DNA from: Scyliorhinus canicula
Lineage: Eukaryota
Direction: 5' to 3'
Length of the DNA stretch: 64,000 nucleotides
Assembly (NCBI RefSeq): GCF_902713615.1
Contig: NC_052168.1
Span: 2,914,001-2,978,000, forward strand
Below are positions 1 through 12,228 of this stretch, one piece after another; within the stretch, counting starts at the first letter, position 1; each line of letters begins with the position of its first letter. The notes below the pieces were generated by a model. That model searched no databases and was not told the origin of the DNA. It worked only from the letters and a program-made list of their open reading frames with translations. Both the position numbers and the translations under genes were made by a program.

Positions 1-158
1 GAGAATTTTTGCGACTGGGCCCAATGAAAGAGATATTGCGACAGAGGATCAGAAGCTTTCGCAGAGGTAAATATTTAGGAAGGTAGGGAGGTGGAGATGT
101 GCAGGCGAAGGAATTGCAGAGCAGATGAGGCAGCTGGAGACACAGCCACCAGTGGTTA

Positions 159-491
159 GGGCACCACGGTAGCACAGTGGTTAACACAATTGCTTCACAG
201 CTCCAGGGTCCCAGGTTCGATTCCGGCTTGGGTCACTGTCTGTGTGGAGTCTGCACGTCCTCCCCGTGTGTGCGTGGGTTTCCTCCAGGTGCTCTGGTTT
301 GCTCCCACAGTCCAAAGATGTGCAGGTTAGGTGGATTGGCCATGCTAAATCTCCCTTAGTGTTGGGTGGGGCTACTGAGTTATGGGGATAGGGTGCAGGT
401 GTGGGCTTGGGTAGGGTGCCCTTTCCAAGAGCCGGTGCAGACTCGATGGGCCGAATGGCCTCCTTCTGCACTGTAAATTCTATGATTCTAT
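159..491 (+). mobile_element. tRNA-derived V-SINE (HE1-like) with CR1/HER1-type tail
   Basis: A/B boxes (GTGGTTAA, GGTTCGATTCC), V-domain GTGGGTTTCCTCC.GGTGCTC.GGTTT.CTCCCACAGTCCAAAGA, tail GGGCCGAATGGCCTCCTTCTGCACTGTAAATTCTATG. Similar copies at ~13622-13940, 24731-25050, 39655-39970, 40550-40905 (+) and 51774-52112 (-). Confidence 0.9.
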
Positions 492-707
492 GGTGGAGCG
501 AATAATATCGGGTTGCGCAAGAGACCATGATCAGGGAACTGCTTAGGTTTCAGAAAGCTGTAGAGCCGGAGGAGATTTTAGAGATAGGGATGGGCGGAGA
601 CCACCGAGAGATTTGAAAACTAAAGATGAGAATTTGAATTGCTGATTAGGCATGGTACAGCCCTCAGGACTCAGCGAGTTGAACAACTTTAGACTGCGAC
701 CATCCTT

Positions 708-1557
708 CGAACATAGAACAGTACAGCACAGAACAGGCCCTTCGGCCCTCGATGTTATGCCGAGCAATGATCACCCTACTCAAGCCAACGTATCCACCCT
801 ATACCCGTAACCCAACAACCCCCCCCCTCCCCAACCCAACCTTATTTTTTAGGACACTAAGGGCAATTTCGCATAGCCAATCCACCTAACCCGCACATCT
901 TTGGACTGTGGGAGGAAACCGGAGCACCCGGAGGAAACCCACGCACACACGGGGAGGACGTGCAGACTCCGCACAGACAGTGACCCAGCCGGGAACCGAA
1001 CCTGGGACCCTGGAGCTGTGAAGCATTTATGCTAACCACCATGCTACCGTGCTGCCCCAATCCTCCATCTTCAACCCTTTTGTTTATATCCCGTACATTT
1101 TTCTGTCTCAAAGCAAACCATTGGTACCCTCCCCCATTTCACACCCCCTCCCACACACCAGGCCATCTGTCCCTTGTTCTAAAGTTGTAATGTCCCTTGG
1201 TTACAGTACAATATCCAACACATTTATATCATAGAATTTACAGTGCAGAAGGAGGCCATTCGGCCCATCGAGTCTGCACCGGCTCTTGGAAAGAGCACCC
1301 TACCCAAGGTCAACACCTCCACCCTATCCCCATAATCCAGTAACCCCACCCAACACTAAGGGCAATTTATCATGGCCAATCCACCTAACCTGCACATCTT
1401 TATGACTGTGGGAGGAAACCGGAGCACCCGGAGGAAACCCACGCACACACGGGGAGGATGTGCAGACTCCGCACTGACAGTGACCCAAGCCGGAATCGAA
1501 CCTGGGACCCTGGAGCTGTGAAGCAATTATGCTGTCCACAATGCTACCGTGCTGCCC
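708..1557 (-). mobile_element. Two antisense HE1-like V-SINEs (~708-1058 and ~1229-1557)
   Basis: Reverse complements of the consensus above. Confidence 0.9.
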
Positions 1558-2289
1558 TCTCTTTCCCCTCTCTTTAACTCTGATGAAGAGTCAAACGGGC
1601 TCGAACCGCCCCCTCTGTTTTCTCGCCCTACGGTTTCACAGCATCTTGTCTCGTTTCAGATTCCAGCTCAAACAGTATTTCGCTCCTGACGAGAATTTGA
1701 AAATTGATGGCGTGGCTTCACTGGGCGCCAGTGTGGGTCAACCAATAGCAGGAAAATCGGCGGCGGAGGCAAAATACCACAGATGCTGGCACCCTGAAAC
1801 AAAAAAAAACAAGCTGGGAATCGGCGGGAAGAGAAACTGGTGGATGGCTTTCCGCGAGAATAAGGGGGTCAAGGGTTTACGGGGAGAAGGCAGGAAGATT
1901 GGGGTGAGGAAAGAATCAGCCATGGTCGAATGGCGGAGCAGACCCGATGGGCCGAACGGCCTAATCCTGCTCCTGTATCTTATGGACTGCCCGATCCGCT
2001 GAGGGTTTCCACCTCGTTCTGTTTTTTGCTTAAACAGACAACCCCGGTCACGGTTGCCTGACTGTTGGTGGGATCTTGCTATGCACAAATGGCCTGCTGC
2101 CTTTCCTCGATGGCAATGGTGACTTTGTGGCGAGAGGTACTTCATTGGCTTTAAAGCATTTTGGGAATGATTTGGGAATTATGTGAGATCCCCCCCTTTC
2201 CCAGCTGATGGTTTAGACTCCCCCCCGCCTCTTTGCCCAGGCTGGACCATTCCCCCTTCCTCCCCGGGATCTGGAATGCAGAATGCTGC

Positions 2290-3400
2290 CATTCCGCCTC
2301 CGGCCAGCGGGTGGCGATAGGAGTGGGAGGTCAGTCTCAATGACACCGGCGGCCCCTCCTGCCGCCACTCACAGACTCATTGGTCTTTGGAACCGTCACC
2401 GCCACGTTGCCGCACTGCCATAAAACAGATTCACTGTCGCGAAACATCAGAGAGCAGGAACCGCGAATATTTGATTTCTTTAGTTCGGTCTGGTGTAAAA
2501 CCCGGATTTAAATCTGGTCCAGGCCTCGAGCGGAGTTGAAATATTCATTTAAAAACAGTGAAGGCGAGGTTTAATTTTATGACAGTGGTCCGATCTGCTT
2601 TCTGACAGTGTGGCGGCAGGGCCGTAAAGTGGATTTGGGGAGGCACCTTTTAACCGAAAGGAAGTTACATTTGGAGCCCACAGGCATCCCTGCCTCAATT
2701 TATATCCTGGGTCAGTCGAAAAGCCGACGTTTGAACGACGCAACGGCGAGGGGTTGTTCACGACAGTGTGGGGCGGCGGACGGGCAGCGTTTACGACAGT
2801 GTTGCACAACAAGACCGGTTTACGGCAGTGCCGTACAGCAGGCGGGCCTGATTTACGGCAGTACCGCACAGCGGGCGGGCCGGGGTTTACGGCAGTGCCG
2901 CGCAGCGGGCGGGCCCGGGTTACGGCAGTGTGGCAGAGCGGGCCCGGTTTACGGCAGCGCCGCACTGAAGGCTCGGTTTACGGCAGCGTGGCAGAGCGGG
3001 GCCCGATTCGCGGCAGTGCCGCACAGAGGGTCTAGTTTACGGCAGTGTCGCACAGAAGGCCCGGTTTACGGCGGTGTGGCAGAGCGGGGCCCGGTTTACG
3101 GCAGCGTGGCAGAGCGGACGGGCCCGGTAGGTTTGTGGAGTGTTTCTCCGCGTTCCCAATCCGGCGGCATCGGGCCCGGAGGAGCCGCGGGACCGGGAAC
3201 CCGGCGCGGGGGCGGCTCGGGGCGGCTCCCCCAGTTCCCAGAGCCGGAAATTCCCGCCGGCGGGGGCGTCAAACCGGCAAAAATCCCCCCTCCCTCCCCC
3301 CCCCCCCCCTGGGCCGCAGCGATCCCCGTTTGTCAGGGAATTCCCACCCGGACCCGAGATTCCCGGCTGGGCTCCGACAGTCTGACCATCGGATCAGCCA
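2290..3400. promoter_or_regulatory. CpG-island-like region upstream of EIF3D (probable promoter / non-coding first exon region)
   Basis: Visibly GC- and CpG-rich sequence 1.5-2.5 kb upstream of the first coding exon. The non-coding exon itself could not be delimited. Confidence 0.5.
2780..3128 (+). repeat. GC-rich minisatellite, ~30-34 bp unit (GCCCGGTTTACGGCAGTGCCGCACAGAGCGG-like), ~10 degenerate copies
   Basis: Recurrent TTTACGGCAG core at regular spacing. Confidence 0.85.
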
Positions 3401-3600
3401 CTCCCCAGACAGACAGGCTGCTCACACCCAGAATCAGCTCCCAATTCAGCCAAATCCACCTGCCCTGCACGGGGAGAATCTGCAAACTCCACACGGACAC
3501 TGACCCGGGATCGAACCCGGGACCTCGGCACCGTGAGGCAGCAGTGCTAACCCACCGTGCCCCCGTGCCGCCCCATCCAACTGCCCAAAGCTGTGCAGGT

Positions 3601-4352
3601 CGGGGCCTCACGGTAGCATGGTGGTTAGCATAAATGCTTCACAGCTCCAGGGTCCCAGGTTCGATTCCCGGCTTGGGTCACTGTCTGTGCGGAGTCTGCA
3701 CGTCCTCCCCGTGTGTGCGTGGGTTTCCTCCGGGTGCTCCGGTTTCCTCCCACAGTCCAAAGATGTGCAGGTTAGGTGGATTGGCCATGCTAAATTGCCC
3801 GTAGTGTAAGGTTAATGGGGGGATTGTTGGGATACGGGTTACGTGGGTTTGAGTAGGGTGATCATTGCTCGGCACAACATCGAGGGCCGAAGGGCCTGTT
3901 CTGTGCTGTACTGTTCTATTCTATTGGCCGCGATAAATTACCCCTTAATGTCCAACAGTTAAGTGGGGTTACTGGGATATGCTGGAGGTACGGACGTAAG
4001 TAGAGTTGCTCTTACCAAGGGACGGTGGTTAGCATCAATGCTTCACAGCTCCAGGGCCCCAGGTTCGATTCCCGGCTTGGGTCACTCTGTGCGGAGTCTG
4101 CACGTCCTCCCCGTGTGTGCGTGGGTTTCCTCCGGGTGCTCCGGTTTCCTCCCACAGTCCAAAGATGTGCGGGTTAGGTGGATTGGCCATGCTAAATTGC
4201 CCGTAGTGTCCTAAAATGTAAGGTTAAGGGGGGGGGGGTTGTTGGGTTACGGGTATAGGGTGGATACGTGGGTTTGAGTGGGGTGATCATTGCTCGGCAC
4301 AACATCGAGGGCCGAAGGGCCTGTTCTGTGCTGTACTGTTCCATGTTCTATG
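3601..4352 (+). mobile_element. Two tandem HE1-like V-SINEs (~3601-3923 and ~4022-4352)
   Basis: Head, V-domain and tail GAGGGCCGAAGGGCCTGTTCTGTGCTGTACTGTTC. Confidence 0.9.
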
Positions 4353-4520
4353 TATTTTCTTTTCATGTATGGAATGATCTGTTTGAATTGCATGCAGAAC
4401 AATACTTTTCACTGTACCTTGGTGCACATGACAATAAACTAATACAATCCAATCTGACCTGCCCATCTTTGGGTTGTGGGGGTGTCTCTGTGCGAGTGAG
4501 TGCTGCACAGAGAGTGAGTG

Positions 4521-4646
4521 AGTACTGTGCGAGTGCCGCAGGGGCTACCTATAGAAAGCAATGTCTCCGTGTGGAGTTTGCACATTCTCCCAGTGTCTGC
4601 GTGGGAGACTTTCTATAGGTAGCCCCTGCGGCACTCGCACAGTACT
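4521..4646. repeat. Perfect 38-bp inverted repeat enclosing a 50-nt V-SINE fragment
   Basis: 4521-4558 AGTACTGTGCGAGTGCCGCAGGGGCTACCTATAGAAAG is the exact reverse complement of 4609-4646. Confidence 0.95.
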
Positions 4647-4856
4647 GCCGTGGGAGTTTCGGCCTGGATTTTACGGTTAGAGTGGAGTGGGAATTGAATG
4701 CACAATCTTCCGGTGAGAGGATTGTCCAGCGACATTCAGGGTGGGGGCAGTGGCGTAAGGGGGACTGTGAGTGAGGACGTTCGGGGCGGACGCTGCTCTC
4801 TCCCTCCTCTTTGTTCATTTATTCTTTGGGTGTCTCGTTGCAGCTGATCGTAGAAG

Positions 4857-4979
4857 ATGGCGAAATTCCTGACCCCTGTGATCCAGGATAATCCGTTCGG
4901 ATGGGGACCGTGCGCAGTCCCAGAACAGTTCAAGGATATGCCCTACCAGCCATTCAGTAAGGGCGATCGTCTGGGGAAG
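4857..4979 (+). CDS. EIF3D: eIF3 subunit D, first coding exon (exon starts 4844)
   Basis: [41 protein letters not shown] matches the vertebrate eIF3d N-terminus. Acceptor ttgcag ends 4843; donor GT at 4980. Confidence 0.98.
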
Positions 4980-5664
4980 GTACGCTGCCACCTTGGGGGC
5001 CACCTCTGGAGCAACAAGGGCCTGTGTGCACTGGCTGACTGATCAAGAACATGTGTATGAACAAGAAGTGTATAAATATTAGGTTTAGGAAACTGTCATT
5101 GTCATCTGCTCAGATACACACTGCAAAAAACTAGCAGATCTGTGCCATTGCCCCTGGGGTGGCTGGGAGGGTAGAATTGGCATGCGTGTTCTGGGAGGTG
5201 GAGGGAGCCGGGAGGAATGAAGCAGAGGGGATTGGGGTCAAGGCAGTCATTTACAGCACAAAAGAAGGCCATTTGGCCCACTGGGTCCATACTAGCTCCC
5301 CGCAGAGCAGTCAAGTCCGTCCACCCCTCCACTTGATCTCTGTAACCCTGCAAGCTTATTTCCAAGTCATCACAGAATCCCTACAGTGCAGAAGAAGGCC
5401 ATTCAGCCCAACAAGCCTGCGCCGACCCTGCGAAAGAGCATTCCACCTAGGCCAACTCCCCTGCCCTCTCCCCGTAACCCAACCTAATCTCATTTTTGGA
5501 CACTTAAGGAGTAATTTAGCGTCGCCAATCCACCTACCCTGCGCAGCTTTGGACAGTGGGAAGAAACCGGAGCACCCGGAGGAATCTCACGGGGAGGACG
5601 TGCAAACCTCACACAGTCGCCCAAGGCTGGAATTGAACCCGGGTGCTGTGAGGCAGCTGTGTGA

Positions 5665-5955
5665 AGTTAGCACTGTTGCTTCACAGTGCCAGGGCCCCAG
5701 GTTCGATTCCCGGTTCGGGTCACTGTCTGTGCAGAGTCTGCATGTTCTCATCGTGTCTGCGTGGGTTTCCTCCGGGCGCTCCGGTTTCCTCCCACAAGTC
5801 CCAAAAGACGAGCTTGTTAGGTGGATTGGACATTCTGAATTCTCCCTCTGTGTACCTGAAAAGGCGCCGGAATGTGGCGACGAGGGGATTTTCACAGTAA
5901 CTTTATTGCAGTGTTAATGTAAGCCTACTTGTGACAACAATTAGGATTATTATTC
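5665..5955 (+). mobile_element. V-SINE with alternative (L2-like) tail ending (ATT)n
   Basis: V-domain followed by GGACATTCTGAATTCTCCCT...CACAGTAACTT..TTGCAGTGTTAATGTAAGCCTACTTGTGACAA. Related copies at ~30490-30772 and 34475-34773 (-) and 43790-44160 (+). Confidence 0.85.
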
Positions 5956-6940
5956 AGTGATTAGGCAGGCAAATGAGAGGTTGTTGTTTATTGCGAGGTG
6001 GGGGGGTGGGGGGCGGTGGAATATAAAAGTTGGGAAGTTTCGCTACAGTTGTACAGGGCGTTAGTGAGACCACATCTGGAATACTCTGGACAGTTGGAAT
6101 CTCCTTATTGACGAAAGGATATAAATGTGTTACAAGTTGTTCAGACAAGGCTCACTCGACTGATACCCGGCTGAGGGTGGCTCTATCTAATGAGGAAAGT
6201 TTGACCGGCCGAGCCTGTATTGAGTGGAGTTTAGGAGATCGAGAGGTGATCTTATTGAAACATGTAAGATCCTGTAGGGACTTGACAGGGTGGGTGCTGG
6301 GAGGATGTTTGCTCTTGTGGGAGAAACGAGGGGCACAGTTTCACAGAATTGCAAATAATATTTTCCCCTGATGGTCGTGGGTCTTTTGGAAGGCTTTCCC
6401 GGAGAGGCTGTGGCAATGAATATTGTTAAGGTGGGGGTAGCTAGATTCCTGAGTTAAAGATCATCGGGAGGAGGTGGGAATGTGGTGCTGAGGCCACAAT
6501 CCGCTCAGCCAATGTCTTGTTGAGCAGTGGAGCTGTCTCGAGGGCGTTGAATGGCCTCCCCCCTAATCTGCACGCTCGTGGACAGCACGTTCAGGTCACG
6601 ACCACTCGCTGCGTTAAAGAACCATTCGTCCCCTTATTACCTCGCATCTACTGCCCCAAATCCTAAATCTGTGTCCCTGGAGTTGCTGCGAGTGAGACAG
6701 GCTGTTGCGGTCGTTGAAGGAGTGTGACAGGGACAGTGTTGTAAGCAGCGTGTGCTGTAGGTGCAGCCTCAGCTCCCGATTAGCAGCAGAGCTTTGTATT
6801 TTCTCCTTGACCAGCTTTGGGAGAGTCCGATCAAGGGGGTGAAGTGGTTCATTTAGACAGTGTCACTTCAATGTGAATGTAATAATTGAGAATGTGGCGA
6901 GTTACACTCTCTCAGCGTGTGTAACAATTTATATTTGCAG

Positions 6941-6986
6941 GTTGCTGATTGGACAGGAGCAACGTATCAAGATAAGCGATACACCA
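6941..6986 (+). CDS. EIF3D: EIF3D coding exon 2 (46 nt)
   Basis: VADWTGATYQDKRYT; tttgcag|...|gtaagt; phase consistent with neighbours. Confidence 0.97.
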
Positions 6987-7894
6987 GTAAGTATGAGTGT
7001 GTACAAGAGGATGTTTTCTAGAACCCGGGGTCTCGTTGAAAATAAGTGGGCGCCCATTTAAAACTGAGATGAGGTGAAATGTTTTCACTGAGGGCAGTTT
7101 GTCTCCAGAACTCTTCCTGAGAAGGCGATGGAAACCGAGCCTTTGAATGTTTTAAGGCGAGGTGGATGTCTTGGTTAACAAGGGTGAAAAGTTATTGGGG
7201 AGGGGGGAGGTGGAATGCAGAATTGAGGTTACAATCAGATCAGTCAAGATCTTAATAAATGGCGGTGCAAGCTCGAGGGGCCGAATGGCCGCCTCCTGCT
7301 CCTGGTTTGTGTGCCATTTCTTGCTGCTGACTATCTCAGCAAACAGCCGCCTGGGCCCGTTCAACGTCCTGTGGGTGAGTTGGCTGTGCAGACCCTGTCA
7401 GTATTGTGTCCTGACTTTGAGCTGCTCTCTCTCTTTGTTTTGGAGTTTGGTGGCTATCGATCAGGAGCGGAAACCCAGGCTGTCCAACCTCTCTTCCCCC
7501 ACCACCCATTCTATTGTAGCTCCTCTGCACAATTGATCCTGGGGTTTTTTGCGCGTGTGTGTGTGTGAGAGCGAGAGTCTGCGTGTTTGTGTACGGCTAC
7601 GTACAGCCCATCAGCGAATGCTTTCGGATTTGTGAACCCTGGTCAATGCCTCAACCAGCATCGATGCTCTGGTCATTATCACAAATTGTTGTGGGATCTT
7701 GCTCTGTACAAATTGGTTGCCGCGTTTCCTACATTACAGCAATGGCTTTGAGAAGTATTTCCTTGGTTGCAGAGTGCTTTGAGGTGCCCTGAGGTTGTGC
7801 TATAGGAATCCAGATTCTTTCCAATGTCCCGACGGTTTCGTGCAGCTTAACTGTTCCTGCTAACATGCCACCTCCTCCTCCCTCCCTCCCGCAG

Positions 7895-8031
7895 ATAAAT
7901 ACTCCTCCCAGTTCGGAGGCGGCAGCCAGTACGCTTACTTCCACGAGGAGGATGAGACCAGCTTCCAGCTCGTCGATACCGCCCGCACGCAGAAGACCGC
8001 GTACCAGAGGAACCGCATGAGATTCGCTCAG
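7895..8031 (+). CDS. EIF3D: EIF3D coding exon 3
   Basis: [46 protein letters not shown]; ccgcag|...|gtaagc. Confidence 0.97.
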
Positions 8032-9035
8032 GTAAGCGCCTGGCTCTGCCTGTGTTATCAGGTGGGGAGGGGCTTCTTGACGCAGCGCACGCAGGCGAGG
8101 GTGGGAGCCCTGCATCAGATCCGAGCCTGTCCGACCGGCAGCACAAAAAAACGGGGAGAGCCGAGAGACCCATCTACTTAAACAGCATCGGTGAAGAGCG
8201 AAGGTTTCAGCTCCGTGACCTTAAGAGATGTTATGGTGTTCGGGCCGGAAAGTGGAGCTGAGTCCACAAAGGATCAGCCGTGATCTCATTAAATGGCGGA
8301 GCAGGCTCGAGGGGCCATATGGCCGACTCCTGCTCCTAGTTCTTGTGTTGGCGCAGTGGTTAGCACTGCTGCCTCATGGCATCGAGGACCTGGATTCGAT
8401 CCGGGCCCTGGGTCACTGCGGAGTTTGCGGGGCAGATGTGCTGGGTAGGTGGATTGGCCACGCTCAATTGCACTTTAATTAGAAACATTTTTTTTTAAAG
8501 AGAGATGGGGCATGTCTTAAGTGAGTGCAGAATCAGTGATCTTTTTGCTTGTGTGATTCATCAATGACAGACAAGGTTGTGGTTCGGATTCACGTTGTGT
8601 TTGGTTGGACAGTGCAGACTAGCCTGGGTAAAGGAGGTTTAACAAAGACACAGGGAGGCCTTCCTGAGCGAGAGCTGAGCTGATTAGCAGGAGGGAAGCT
8701 CGTCTTCAGATATTCCCAATGAGAAATGTCCCTCCCACTCTCCTCTAACTCATTTAAAATTCTTGTTCTGGGACCCAACCCTAACCAGAATGTGAACAAG
8801 TCCCTGTTTCCATCATTATTGACCCATGCATTTCTTTTGGGAAGAAGGGACTGCTGTCTGCATGATTTATGAAGAGGTTTTGAGAGATTAAAACTGGGCG
8901 TCTTGTCAGTACGGGAGACCTGCGGGTCGTATGTGTTACTGAACAATTTGTCCACGAGTAAAATGGCTTTTCCCGACAGATTGTACATGCTGCTGTTGAT
9001 TCAGCGCAGGTTTAACTCTGCTTTCCTTATCGCAG

Positions 9036-9124
9036 CAAAGAAACATGCGACGGGAGAAGGATCGTCGTCAGCTGCTGCAGTTTAACATGCAGACGCTGCC
9101 GAAAAGTGCCAAGCAGAAGGAAAG
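9036..9124 (+). CDS. EIF3D: EIF3D coding exon 4
   Basis: QRNMRREKDRRQLLQFNMQTLPKSAKQKER; tcgcag|...|gtgagt. Confidence 0.95.
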
Positions 9125-10194
9125 GTGAGTACACGAGTGCCGTTGCTGTTTGTCCAATCCCCTGTTCATTGCTGTCCTATTCTCCTTTCCAAAAGAAGTC
9201 CAACATTGCCATCTCTAGCCATCGCGAGTCGATAAACTCAGCTTCCCATCGAGTAATGCCCCTCCCACTATCCTCTAACTCACTTAAATGTCTTGTTCTA
9301 TGATCCAACCCTCTTTTTAATAAATTTAGAGTACCCAATTCATTTGTTCCAATTTAAGGGGCAATTTAGCGTGTTCAATCCACCTAACCTGCACATCTTT
9401 GGGTTGTGGGGGCGAAACCCACGCAGACACGGGGAGAATGTGCAAACTCCACACGAACAGTGACCCAGAGCCGGGATCGAACCCGGGACCTCGGCGCCGT
9501 GAGGCAGCAGTGCTAATCACTGCACCACCGTGCTGCCCTTACGATCCAACCCTAACCAGGATGTGAATAAGTGTAACATTGTCCCTGTTTCCATCATTAT
9601 TGACACATGCGTTTCTTTTGGGAAGAAGGGAATTTTTAAAAAATATGAATTTAGAGTGTCCAATTAATTTTTTCCAATTAAGGGGCAATTTAGTGTGGCC
9701 AATCCACCTACCCTGTACATAGAACATAGAACAGTACAGCACAGAACAGGCCCTTCGGCCCTCGATGTTGTGCCGAGCAATGATCACCCCACTTAAACCT
9801 ACGTAACCCGTATACCCGTAACCCAACAATCCCCCCCATTAACCTTACACTATGGGCAATTTAGCATGGCCAATCCACCTAACCCGCACATCTTTGGACT
9901 GTGGGAGGAAACCGGAGCACCCGGAGGAAACCCACGCACACACGGGGAGGATGTGCAGACTCCACATGTTTGGGTTGTGGGGGTGAAACCCACGCAAACA
10001 CGGGGAGAATGGCAAAACATTCCCTTCGCACAATGTGAGCTGGTATGGCGGGTGGTGCGTTGAGACTGCTGGATGCTACCTACCGCTGTTGGAAGAACAT
10101 TTATTTTTGAAATGTTGACGTGCTCCGTTTATGTGTTAATAACTCTGGGTTAATGTAGATTTTCCCCAACCTCGGCTGTGTCTCCCAATGCTTT

Positions 10195-10935
10195 TGTAAA
10201 AGATGTATTTTATTACCAGCATGGATCAAAACAGGTTACGACACATAAACACCCCGGGAAACATACTTCCCAGCAATCAACTATACACAGTACAAATTTT
10301 CCCCCTTTTTCATCCTTCACCCCCCCCCCCCCCCCCCCCCACTCCCTGTGACAAACTGCCCCTCAAACACAGTCACAAACATCCCCACCTTTCCTTAAAC
10401 CCCCGTGAAGAGCCCCTTAACTCATACTTTATCTTCTCCAACCGCAGGAAGTCATCCAGGTCACCCAACCAAGCTGCTACCCCCGGTGGTGATGCCGACC
10501 GCCACTCCAACAAAATTCGCCACCGTGCAATCAGAGAGGTGAAGGCCAAGACATCGGCCTTCCTCCTCTCCATGAGCTCCGGCTTCTCTGAAACCCCAAA
10601 TATCGCCACCAAAGGGTCCGGGTCCACCTCCTCCTCCACTATCCTGGCTAAGACCGCAAACACTCCCGCCAGAATCTTCCCAAATTTCCACAACCCCAAA
10701 ACATGTGGGCGGGGCCAGCGACTCGCACGCACATGGGGAAAGCGTGCGTCGCTGGCCCCGCCCACACCTCTCACACTCATCTGCTACCCCCTGAAAGAAC
10801 CCACTCGTTCTCACTCAAGTCGTATGCACCCTGTGCACCACCTTAAACTGTATCAGGCTCATCCTTGCACAGGAGGAGATCCCGTTTACCCTACGCAGTG
10901 CCTCACTCAGTACTCCCCAATTGATGTCTCTCCCA
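10195..10935 (-). mobile_element. 5'-truncated L1-clade LINE (ORF2 C-terminus + 3'UTR), decayed
   Basis: ORF fragments SLIQFKVVHRVH and LIARWRILLEWRSASPP..AAWL..L..FLRLEKIKY.LRGS...F..RW; AATAAA on the minus strand near 10208. Confidence 0.85.
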
Positions 10936-11141
10936 ATGCTGGGTCCTCGAGAGCGACAAACAGCATTGGGCCTTTGATCGTGAGGCTTTTTTTGGGTTGA
11001 ATAAGCCAGCTGATGCGTGGACACGAAGCTACCCAGGCAGCTCAGCCACCGGTCGGCATTTTCTTTTATCGGGAATTTTAATGGCGCACTTTGGGATGTT
11101 CCTTTCCACCTGAGCAAGTTCTGTTCCTCATCTCATTCCAG

Positions 11142-11214
11142 GGATCGCTTGCGTCTGCAGAAGAAATTTCAGAAGCAGTTTGGCGTGCGGCAGAAATGGG
11201 ACCAGAAGAATCAG
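11142..11214 (+). CDS. EIF3D: EIF3D coding exon 5
   Basis: DRLRLQKKFQKQFGVRQKWDQKNQ; ttccag|...|gtcaga. Confidence 0.96.
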
Positions 11215-11227
11215 GTCAGACTCTTAA

Positions 11228-11408
11228 TGAAATGAAAATCGCTTATTGTCACAAGTAGGCTTCAATGAAGTTACCGTGAAAAGCCCCTAGTCGCCACATT
11301 CTGGCGCCTGTTCAGGGAGGCTGGTACGGGAATTGAACCGTGCTGCTGGCCTGCCTTAGTCTGCTTTAAAAGCCAGCGATTTAGCCCAGTGTGCTAAACC
11401 AGCCCCAT
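11228..11408 (-). mobile_element. Short tRNA-derived SINE lacking the V-domain, with the same L2-like tail
   Basis: Head GGGGCTGGTTTAGCACACTGGGCTAAA...GGTTCAATTCCCGTACC; related copy at ~28330-28495 (+). Confidence 0.8.
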
Positions 11409-11880
11409 AAAACATTAGCAGAACGAGTCCCCGTCTGTGTGAAATACACAAAGTGTCTGAGTATGGGGTCACTGAGGGAGAGGGGCGCGCCGCACACTTC
11501 ACACACCAGCTGCTTGTGTGTGGCTGGTATCCGGCTTTTATCAAGTTGTGGCAGCCATCGCCACCATTATTATTCTGTGGCTCTGGATGTTTTTTGTCTG
11601 ACAACAAAATGTAAGACACCTCCAGAATGTTTAAGTACAAGTTGTTCTAAGACATGTCTTCAGCACGGGAATTATGGGAAAGTATCCACAGAAGACGGAT
11701 TTCCAATAGCATCCTGCTGAAATATTTTCCTGATGTGTTTTATTTTGTTGTGGCAATTAAGTGAGAGATCTCCAGCTGCCTCTGTTTCAATGTTTGATCC
11801 CTCCAAGAGGATCGCACGGGTTCAGTTACAATCCCCCTTTGCTGGGGTTACTAACACATCCCCCTGTTTGTCACGTACAG

Positions 11881-11996
11881 CTGAAGCCGAGAGATTCCTC
11901 TGTTGAAGTGCGGAGTGATTGGGAGGTGAAGGAAGAGATGGACTTTCCTCGGCTGATGAAGATGAGATACATGGAAGTGGCTGATCCCAGCGACAT
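11881..11996 (+). CDS. EIF3D: EIF3D coding exon 6
   Basis: LKPRDSSVEVRSDWEVKEEMDFPRLMKMRYMEVADPSD; tacag|...|gtgagt; branch-like ctaac at 11851. Confidence 0.95.
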
Positions 11997-12228
11997 GTGA
12001 GTGTTTCCCCAATAGATTTCTCCCCTTTCCCCGAGCTCCCCACCCACCCTGCCCAGGCCCAGTCACCGCAGGGTGGGCTGTATCTGCGTGCCGTATTGCC
12101 TCTGCAAACCACCTCTGCAGCTCTGCCTTTTGAGGTCTTGAGGCTCCAAAGGTGCCCTGAAGGAAAAACAACCTGCCTTTGTTTTGGCTGCAATTTCAAA
12201 ATCTCTGCTCTCATACGCACTATAGTGG

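Noticed and set aside
159-235. tRNA genes at the many A/B-box motifs
   Set aside because: All continue into SINE bodies; they are tRNA-derived heads, not tRNA genes.
2304-2316. CTCF-like motif CCAGCGGGTGGCG
   Set aside because: A single mismatched motif in GC-rich DNA; not supportable without binding data.
2608-3633. 341-aa ORF in the CpG island
   Set aside because: Made of a GC-rich minisatellite, low-complexity sequence and SINE pieces; no recognisable protein.
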